A stretch of DNA of 64,000 nucleotides, taken from positions 128,860,653 to 128,924,652 of the forward strand of contig NC_052162.1 in assembly GCF_902713615.1 (NCBI RefSeq), given 5' to 3'. Positions within the stretch are counted from its first letter, which is position 1. Each line of letters opens with the position of its first letter. Below, piece after piece: positions 55,456 to 64,000 of this stretch. A program made the position numbers and the translations under genes. Source of the DNA: Scyliorhinus canicula. Lineage: Eukaryota. Under the pieces are notes generated by a model. That model was not told the DNA's origin. It saw only the letters and a list, made by a program, of their open reading frames with translations, and searched no databases.

Positions 55456-56913
55456 GGTTTAATGGAGGTGCATCGGCCTGTGAGCAGGCAGCCAGTTTTG
55501 TGAAGCTAATGGGGTCATGAGGAGAGGCGGGTCAGTCATTGCCACCATGTCTTACGCCATTCGCACATTGGAATCGAGGCAACTTTGAACTGAATTAACC
55601 AAATGTTTCAATTCGATGTGTCCAGCACTGGATCGATCCAATCCAGCCGTCACCCCCCCCCCCCCCCCACCCCACCCCCGAGACCACCACAGGTACCCCC
55701 ACCAACCCCATCCCACCAACCCCCCATCCCACCAACCCCCCCCACCCCCATCCCACCAACCCCCCCCACCCATCAACCCCCCCCACCCCCATCCCACCAA
55801 CCCCCCCCACCCCATCCCACCAACCCCTCCCACCCCATCCCACCAACCCCCCCACCCCATCCCACCAACCCCCCCAACCCCGTCCCACCAACCCCCGACC
55901 CCAGCTCTGAACCCGCCTCTTTCTCCACTCCCTCTCCTGTCTCCCCTCACGTCCTCCCCGAGTTCACCTTGTCTGTCAGACCCACTTCCTGTTCCTTCAT
56001 TCCCATTCCCAATAAACTGTGGATCTCCCAAAGTCTCCTTCTGACTCTCCCCATGTTAGCCCATATTGTTTGTTTTTATAAATTTAGTGTATCCAATTAA
56101 TATTTTCCAATTAAGGGGCAATTTAGCGTGGCCAATCCACCTACCCTGCACATTTTTGGGTTTGTGGGGGTGAAACCCACACAGACATGGGGAGAATGTG
56201 CAAACTCCACACAGACAGTGACCCAAGGCCGGGATTCGAACCTGGGACCTCGGCGCCGTGAGGCAGCAGTGCTAACCACTGCGTCACCGTATCACCCTTG
56301 TTAGCCCATATTGTTGTCATCTCTCTGTCTCTCTCTCTCTTTAGGAGCAACTTCCCACCTCTCGACACCCCTTCCCCTCTTAATCTGCTGTTACCCCCAT
56401 CAACCCCCTCCCCCAATTAAAATACTCACATTCACTCCTCACTCCTTGAAAACTCTCGCTGCATCTCCAATCCCCCCTTTTCCTCCCCAACGTACCTGAA
56501 ACGTGTTGTCGCCTCTCCCAAATCTGTCCCTGTTTTTCCCAGAGCTCCGCGTTTGAATCCCTCCAAACGTGTACCCCTCCCCACCACCCCCTCCCCACAC
56601 CCCATCCCCCGCTGCAGTATCGAAACGGCTCTTATCGAGGGTACAGTTGACGTCCTGGGTGAATGTGAGAAATGGCAAATCTTCTGCCATTGGTGCATTC
56701 GGCGGCCCACCATCCTCTTTGCTGTGGTTCGGCTGGCTGGAACCCGTTCTCGCCTGCGTCCGTTCTGAACTATCTCATCGTAGCTGGAGCATCGTCGGCA
56801 ACGGCTACGTTCCCTGCTCCCGCTACCTCTGGTGATTCCCATCCCTCCTGTCCCCTCTCACCACCACTCCCCCTCCCAAGGGTCTAACCTCTGTTCCCCT
56901 CAAACCCCCTCCT

Positions 56914-57287
56914 TGTCATAATATATACTAATATATCATGGTGCAGACACACACTGATGGACACACACAGGGACCAATCAACATGCACAAACACCGCAGC
57001 CAATCACCAGTTAGAATACACACACTATAAAGGCAGAGGGCACCACGGTTCCCGCTCATTCTGGGTGCTGCCTCTGAGTGTAACAAGAACTCATCCAGCC
57101 CAGCACAGACTCACACCACGTGCTGAGAGAATCAACTGGTTCGGACAAGGCTTAGGTCTCTAGTTTAAGTTAGCATCATTTAGACCCACAGTCATCGTGT
57201 GTTAGTTAGTTAAAAGTAGTTAATAAAATTGAGTTGAACCTTCATCTGTGTTGGAAGTGTCTGTTCATCTCTCAAGCCTACACAACA
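56914..57287 (+). mobile_element. Solo LTR
   Basis: TG...CA, TATAAA and AATAAA inside, TSD ctcct at 56909-56913 and 57288-57292. Confidence 0.88.
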
Positions 57288-59139
57288 CTCCTCACTCTCG
57301 CCTACACAATGCCATCTAGATGCACAGCCTTGGTTGTGCACAGCTTTGGCAGCACGGTAGCATGGTGGTTAGCATAAATGCTTCACAGCTCCAGGGTCCC
57401 AGGTTCGATTCCCGGCTGGGTCACTGTCTGTGCGGAGTCTGCACGTCCTCCCCGTGTGTGCGTGGGTTTCCTCCGGGTGCTCCGGTTTTCCTCCCACAGT
57501 CCAAAGATGTGCAGGTTAGGTGGATTGGCCATGCTAAATTGCCCTTAGTGTCCTAAAATGTAAGGTTATGGGGGGGTTTGTTGGGTTAGGGGTATAGGTG
57601 GATACGTGGGTTTGAGTAGGGTGATCATTGCTCGGCACAACATCGAGGGCCGAAGGGCCTGTTCTGTGCTGTACTGTTCTATGTTCTATGTTGTCACACG
57701 TTCCAACCCCAGATCAGACCCCAACAGTGGCTAGGGTACTGGTCCGCAACCCCAATATTTTGGTTTGTTTTGTAAAGAACGATTCGCTCCAGGAGGGATT
57801 GCGTAAAACAAATAGGGCTCGGTGTATTCTTAACACGAAACTTCACTGTGGCTACAATGTTAATCTCTTCAACTTCACGCCCAAAAAGAACAGCTTGCAA
57901 TTATCCATTTAAACATCACTGCTCAATCTCCCACAACAGGGAAAGAAACGTACAGCTCTCAATCTATCTTACTGTGGGAGAATTCGGGACTCCGCGTCAG
58001 GCAGATCAGAATTCAACTCCTCTCTCCAAAGCTTTCTCCAGAAACTGCCTTTCTCAAACTTTTCAAAATGTCTCTCTGCCTTTCTTGGCTCCGCCCATCA
58101 GTGACCTCATCTCCCCAAGCTGCACAACAAATCATCTCTGCAGACGGCAAAGCACATTAACTCCCCGGGGACTTTACCCAGTCAAACCACAGTCCATCAG
58201 CCCAAACTGAAAAACACATTCCTTTGTCAATTTCACCCACGTGGCTGCTAAAAGCACCCACGCCCTGCAAAATGGAATTCTTTTTTTAAAATATAAAAAC
58301 GTGACCACTGCAGTCAAACACACTCTGACCTCAGCCTTTTAACCCTTAAATTGCGCAACACTTAGAATCCAATATTCTTCACGTCTCCCAGTCATCACAA
58401 CACATACACTAAATGTCGACCGGGCCATCACGTGATGACGCGGTCGTGACCAGTGTCACCTGGTGGGAGAGTGCCAGGTTACCCCGGAACACTCAGGCAG
58501 AGCGCAACTGCAGAGATGGTTGAATAAACCCGCTGTGATCACAGCTCTTGTTGCTTGTTGCCTGCACAGCCACAGAGAGATACAGTGGCCACCGCCAGCT
58601 CTACCTCAAAACCGACGACAGGTCTTCGAGCTGAAAAGTGGGTCCTGTTTCTCTCTCTGTCTCTCGCTCCTCTAGCACTGCCTGGCCGACTGAGCATTTT
58701 GTACCTTTATTTCTCTCTTGCCACACCATCTCACTCGAACGCCTCTGCCATCTCTGATCTATTACAGGGCAGCGCACTGGCGCAGTGGCTAGCAATGGAA
58801 CTGCGGCGCTGAGGACCCGGGTTCGAATCCCGGCCCTGGGTCACTGTCCGTGTGGAGTTTGCACGTTCTCCCCGTGTCTGCGTGGGTTTCGCCCCCACAA
58901 CCCAAAGATGTGCAGGGTAGGTGGATTGGCCACGCTAAATTGCCCCTTAATTGGAAAAAAAATAATAATTGGGTACTCTAAATTTATTTTTTTAAATCTC
59001 TGATCTATTACCATCTCAGACCAGACCCCTGCAGCAGCTAGGATACTGGACAGAATCCCTAATATTTTATTTTAATTTTGTAAGACTGTGAGCAGAGGAT
59101 ACCTCACTCCTGGAGTGATTTCTCACAAAATAGATATAT

Positions 59140-59990
59140 GGGGGGGCGATGCTCCGAGCCCCGTGTCGGGCTGGAGAATCGCTGCAACTGTGCCACGACG
59201 TCCTGATGCCGGCGCGCGATTCTCCGAGGCGCGGAGAATCGGCGCCATTTGCGTTGGCCCGGCGTTGGCCGCGGGCAGCTGGAATCGGCGGGGCCATTGA
59301 TTCTCCAGCCCGGTTGGGTTGTGGGGGCGAAACCCACGCAGACACGGGGAGAATGTGCAAACTCCACACGGACAGTGACCCAGAGCCGGGATCGAACCTG
59401 GGACCTCGGTGCCGTGAGGCAGCAGTGCTAACCACTGCGCTACAATGCTGTCTTACGATGTGGTTGACTCTTAACTCCCTCCTTCCACTGAAATAGCCCA
59501 GCAAGCGACTCAAGGGCAATTAGGAATGGCAAACAAATGCTGGCCCATCCAGCGACCCACATTGGCGGGGGCGGGAATCGCACCTTGCCAGTCGGTGGCT
59601 GCTGGCAGCGCCCCCCCCCACCCCCACCGATTCTCCAGCCCGCGATGGGCCGAGTGGCCGCCCGTATTTGGCGGGTCCTGCCGGCGTAAATCACAACAGG
59701 TCCTTACCGGCGGGACCTGGCTTCACGGGCGGCCTACAGAGTCCTCGGGGGGGGCGCAGGGGCATCTGGCCTCAGGAGGGGGGGTGCCCCCACGGTGGCC
59801 TGGCCCGCGTTCGGGGCCCACCGATCCGCGGGCGGGCCTGTGCCATGGGGGCACTCTTTACCTCCGCACCGGCTGCTGCCCACCTCCTCGATGGCCGGTG
59901 GGGAGAAGAACCCCCCTGGGCATGCGCTGGGATGATGCCAGCACACGCTGGTGCCCCCGCGTATGCGCCAACTCGTGCTGGCCGGCGGAG
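59140..59990. mobile_element. GC-rich inverted-repeat (MITE-like) element with gattctcc/ggagaatc termini, SINE-interrupted; fragments at about 43260-43480 and 51060-51270
   Basis: Repeated inverted gattctcc/ggagaatc motifs; no coding signal. Confidence 0.5.
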
Positions 59991-61692
59991 GCCCAAACTT
60001 TTACGATGCTTTAATTGCACCTCTGGCTCTAAAAGGCCCCGCTGTCTTTCAGACCAGGATTTTTAAAAACATGACTGCGGAAGTTAAACACACACAAATC
60101 CAGATTTTAACCCTTACTGCATCAAATACATATATCTGAATTTTCTACGTTAATCTCTAATCTGTCACTCCGTCGAACGCCGCGGTGCCGGAAGAACAGA
60201 TGTTTCCTCCGGTGATACGTCGGGAGGCCGCAAGGCGCCTTTGGCGCCCACCTCAAAGTCCGCTCCCCTCCCATGAGTCCCTCGCTTGTGTCTTTGAGAG
60301 TCCACGCTGGCCACAGCCTCAGGGTTCCGATTCAAACGTGAGCGATGCTGCTGACTCCAGCCCCTCTCCATCAACACTAGGCGCTCGTCCCCCCCCCCCC
60401 CCCCCTCCCTCACTTCGCCGGCGTTTATTATTTTTATTTCTTCAAGGGAGGCGGGCCGTCGCTGGCCGGGGCCCAGTATTTGCTGCCCGTCCCTAATTGC
60501 CCCTTGAGAAGGTGGTGGGTGAGCCGCCATCTTGAACCGGCTGCAGTCCCTGTGTGGTGTGGGTAACACCCACAGTGCTGTCAGGGAGGGAGGGCCAGGA
60601 TTGTGACCCAGCGACAGTGAAGGAACGGCCGATATATTTCCCAGTCAGGGTGGTGAGTGTGGGGCTCGGAGGGGGAACCTGCAGGTGGTGGTGTAGCCCA
60701 GCATGGTTCACTTATCCAACACCTGGATGGCGTCCCTGCGTCAATCCGAACCAGGCTCACATTTCTCCTAAAACTAACCAACTCACCTACTTCCCCACCA
60801 ACCCCTCCCACCACCACCACCACCCTGCCGTCCCTAAGCCTGCTGACCCGCATTGGCACCCGGTCAAGCAATGCCTCGATTCATAAAATGTTCATCCTCA
60901 TTTTCCTGTGCCTCCATGGTTGTAGGCTCCCTCGGCCCTACGGACCCCTGTGCTTGTCCTCAAAACCTACCTCTTTGGTGAAGGTTGTGATTGCACACCT
61001 GACCGGTTAGGCGGGGTTACGGGGAGTCATTGGGCGGGGGAGTCGGCCTGGGTGGGGTGCTCTTTCGGAGGGTCGGTGCAGACTCGATGGGCCAAATGGC
61101 CTCCTTCCGCACTATAGGGGTTCTAGGGTACCTGTTCACATGTTCTCAGTGTCAGATTTTGTTTGTTAATCGCTCCAATGAAGCATCTTCCGTTACTTCA
61201 CCATGGTAAAGGTTGGGTTTGGCCTGTTGCTTGACACGCATTCCATCTGCCTCCTTACTGCCCACGTACTTAACCTGTCTTTACAACCTCTCCGTGTCCT
61301 CCCCACAGCTCACTTTACAACCTCTCCGTGTCCTCCCCACAGCTCACTTTACAACCTCTCCGTGTCCTCCCCGCATCTTAGTCAATCCTGATATTTATTC
61401 CGGCCGCCGGGAATATCAACCTCAGTGCGCGCGAAGCTTTCAGATGGCTCTTGGGGACAAAGTTCCACACAAAAGGCTTTTGACTGGACTCAAATTTGCC
61501 GCCGTCGTGGTGGGCGAGGTCAGGAGTTGAGGCCGAATGGGAAACTTGATGGGAGGCTGGCTGACTGTGAGAGGCGTCGCGGTCAGACAGTGGGAGAGGA
61601 CGAGATTTATTATTGCTGCTGTTCCTCTGAATTCAGCTTCTGCTTGCACCTGGGGCCTGGTGTAGGTGGGGGATTGGACAGTGCATACTGAA

Positions 61693-61700
61693 ATTTGCAT
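61693..61700 (+). promoter_or_regulatory. Octamer ATTTGCAT of the V2 promoter
   Basis: Same context as the V1 promoter, 117 bp upstream of ATG 61817. Confidence 0.85.
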
Positions 61701-61816
61701 ACAGGATGCAGAATGCAAAACAACCCCAGAGAGAGAGCGAGAGGGTCTGGGGCGACTTTAAAAACCCGGGTGGCAGGCAGGGCAGTGACAGAGCAGAGAT
61801 TGAAGGACCTCACACC

Positions 61817-61862
61817 ATGGAACCAGCTCGCCTCCTGGTCGTGTTGATCGCGCAGTTCGCCA
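61817..61862 (+). CDS. V2 leader exon (MEPARLLVVLIAQFA)
   Basis: Identical to the V1 leader; GTAAGT donor at 61863. Confidence 0.9.
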
Positions 61863-62110
61863 GTAAGTGGGATGTTGTTTCCCACACCGGATCCCTCCCT
61901 CGGCCCAGGACTCCTGTTTCACCTACTACCGCTGTTTAATTCTAATAGATTTTCAATTCATCTCAGGGAAGGGCTGGGGATGGGATGAACTGGGAATCGA
62001 CTGGTCCACTGACAGACTATTTCCCTTTTAATTTATTTAAAGCGGGTGTGTGTGTGGGGTCCGCCGCGAGTCGCTCTCCCTCACTGACAGCTGTCTAATT
62101 ATTTTTCCAG

Positions 62111-62429
62111 GCGTCTGGGCCGATCCTCGCGTCACTCAAGACCCACTCACGGGACCGGTCGCCTTGGGAGAGACGGTCAAACTGAAATGTAACCTCCACG
62201 GTGCCAGTGCCTATGAAATAAATTGGGTACGTCAGGCACCGGGCAAGACGCCCCAGGGCGTTTTGGTTCATGCTACTGACAGAAAGATCTACCGAGCCCC
62301 GGGGATCACGGACCGATTCACGCCCTCGGCCCAGGACTCCAGTTTCACCTACTACCTGACCGTCGTTAACGTGGAGGCCGCAGACGGGGCTGTCTATTAC
62401 TGTATGGTTTGGGTAAACAGCGTAGGATA
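62111..62429 (+). CDS. Ig light-chain-like V gene segment 2
   Basis: SVWADPRVTQ...KLKCNLHGASAYEINWVRQ...YYCMVWVNSVG; open frame, canonical Cys/Trp/Cys. Confidence 0.93.
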
Positions 62430-62457
62430 CACAGTGATACACACTGTGACAAAAACC
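62430..62457 (+). other. 12-RSS of V2
   Basis: CACAGTG + 12 + ACAAAAACC, identical to the V1 RSS. Confidence 0.97.
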
Positions 62458-62698
62458 TCCTCCGAGACCTCAAGGCCCTCTGGGGCCCTCCTTCTGAGCT
62501 ACTTGCGGCCTACCACCTCCTGGACCCCTGGGACACTGTGAAAACCACACTGACCGCCCAGGGAGTCCAGAATTCGGACGGCACCTCAACCCAGCCTTCT
62601 TTGAGGGAAATTAGCGGAAGGACAACACGACGCCGGGGGGTTTTGACATCGAGGCCCACATCCTGCAGGTGAATATGTCAAGCCAGGAAGGGGCCTGA

Positions 62699-62738
62699 GG
62701 TTTTTGTACAGGTCTTCCCCTCACGCAGGCCCACTGTG
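62699..62738 (-). other. RSS of J2 (24-nt spacer, i.e. 23+1)
   Basis: GGTTTTTGT (62699-62707) + 24 nt + CACTGTG (62732-62738). Confidence 0.88.
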
Positions 62739-62777
62739 GGTATGTCACCGGCAATGGAACCCCGTTGGATGTTAAAA
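62739..62777 (+). CDS. J segment 2, non-canonical (YVTGNGTPLDVK)
   Basis: 39 nt after the heptamer; phase-1 donor A|GTGAGT at 62778; paralogue of J1. Confidence 0.88.
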
Positions 62778-63387
62778 GTGAGTAGCTCGTCTTTTGAAAC
62801 CTTGATTCTTCGGTCGGGTACCCCCCCTCCTCCATCCTCCCGCCCCGCCCTCCCCCGGTGAGCAAATGGGTAAACTTTTCCTTGCCATTGCTCAGCTTTG
62901 CAGGGATGGGATCGTCGGGAACGTGTCGATTGACCAAACCTCCCTCCCCCTACTTCAGACCTGCTCTGTGTCTGGCGTGGTTTGGAATGTGGGATGGGGT
63001 GAGGGGGTGCGGGGGTGGGGGGGGATGGGCGGCCACGTGGACGTCGGGGGGTGACTGAGTCACTTTCTGTTGTGGGTGGGGGGGGGGGTGTTGGTTGTGT
63101 GGGTCAGGTGCTGTATTAAGACGAGGCACAGGATGCGCATCCCCACAGTGCCAGATTCCCACATCGCTTTCTGCAAAGGAGCGCTTCCCGACGTCACTCC
63201 TGAACGGCCCCTGGTCCTCCGTCTAATCTTCATTCCCCCCCCCCCCCCCCCTCCCTCCCTCCCTCCACCCCACCAACTTTGTTTTAGAATTCCGACCCCC
63301 AGCCCACCCCAACCGTAGCAAAATGTGTCTCCCTCCCTCTCTCTCTGGCCCATCGAATCCTGGTAACTATTTTAACTACGCGGATTA

Positions 63388-63690
63388 TGGGCAGCACGGT
63401 AGCACAGTGGTTAGCACTGTTACTTCACAGCTCCAGGGTCCCAGGTTCGATTCCCGGTTTGGGCCACTGTCTGTGCGGAGTCTGCACGTTCTCCCCGTGT
63501 CTGCGTGGGTTTCCTCCGGGTGCTCCGGTTTCCTCCCACAAGTCCCGAAAGACGTGCTGTTGGGTGAATTGGACATTCTGAATTCTCCCTCTGTGACCCG
63601 GACAGGCTCCGGAATGTGGCGACTGGGGGCTTTTCACAGTAACTTCATTGCAGTGTTAATGTCAGCCTACCTGTGACACTGATAAAGATT
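63388..63690 (+). mobile_element. tRNA-derived SINE (other copies at about 22830-23145, 25613-26020, 35476-35810, 43815-44040, 47990-48150, 58767-58995)
   Basis: Same tRNA head; tail ending ...aataaagattatt in this subfamily. Confidence 0.85.
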
Positions 63691-64000
63691 AGTATTGTTA
63701 AAAACCCTTCACGATCAGGGCAACCCAGAGCCTCCCAAACTCTGGAGACACAAAGTTGTCAACTCCTCTCTCGGTTTACAATCTCCATGTTTGGATCAGA
63801 GAAGGTGGGTGCTTGCCGTGTCATTATAAGCAACAGGGTCCCCCCCCCCCCCCCCCCCCCCCCACCCCCCATCCCAGCCCGCAACCCGCTCTAACTCTGG
63901 GACGAACCGATTTCCCCCCTCGTTCTCACCCGAGATCCCTATCCACCGCCTCCCGCTCCCTCCGATCATGAAGATTTCACTCTCTCTCCCTCTCTCCATC

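Noticed and set aside
57345-57430. tRNA gene-like A/B boxes (many copies)
   Set aside because: tRNA-derived SINE heads continuing into SINE body and tail, with no acceptor-stem closure.

Overview
Eukaryotic, GC-rich and very repeat-dense DNA, most likely from a cartilaginous fish (shark, catshark-like), judged from HE1-type tRNA SINEs, Deu-domain SINEs, CR1 LINEs and cluster-type Ig genes. Main contents: (1) a spliced + strand hnRNP C/RALY-family gene with six coding exons at 3200-19582; its last exon was not found and may lie in the N gap at 21118-21617. It also has two candidate alternative exons. (2) Two tandem immunoglobulin light-chain-like V-J units (36490-39064 and 61693-62777). Each has an ATTTGCAT octamer promoter, a leader exon, an intact V with a perfect 12-RSS, and a J with a 23/24-RSS. 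Both J segments encode T-G-N-G instead of the canonical F-G-x-G, and no C exon is visible between the two units. (3) An apparently young, full-length HNRNPA2B1 retrocopy with a 14-bp TSD and a 55-nt poly(A), inserted in a Gypsy LTR, which lacks the M9/PY-NLS segment. (4) A segmental duplication carrying a pre-miRNA-like hairpin. (5) Three large minisatellite arrays and many nested SINE, LINE and LTR elements. Most long ORFs in the six-frame track are artefacts of repeats or N gaps. Homology calls come from recalled protein sequences, not database searches.
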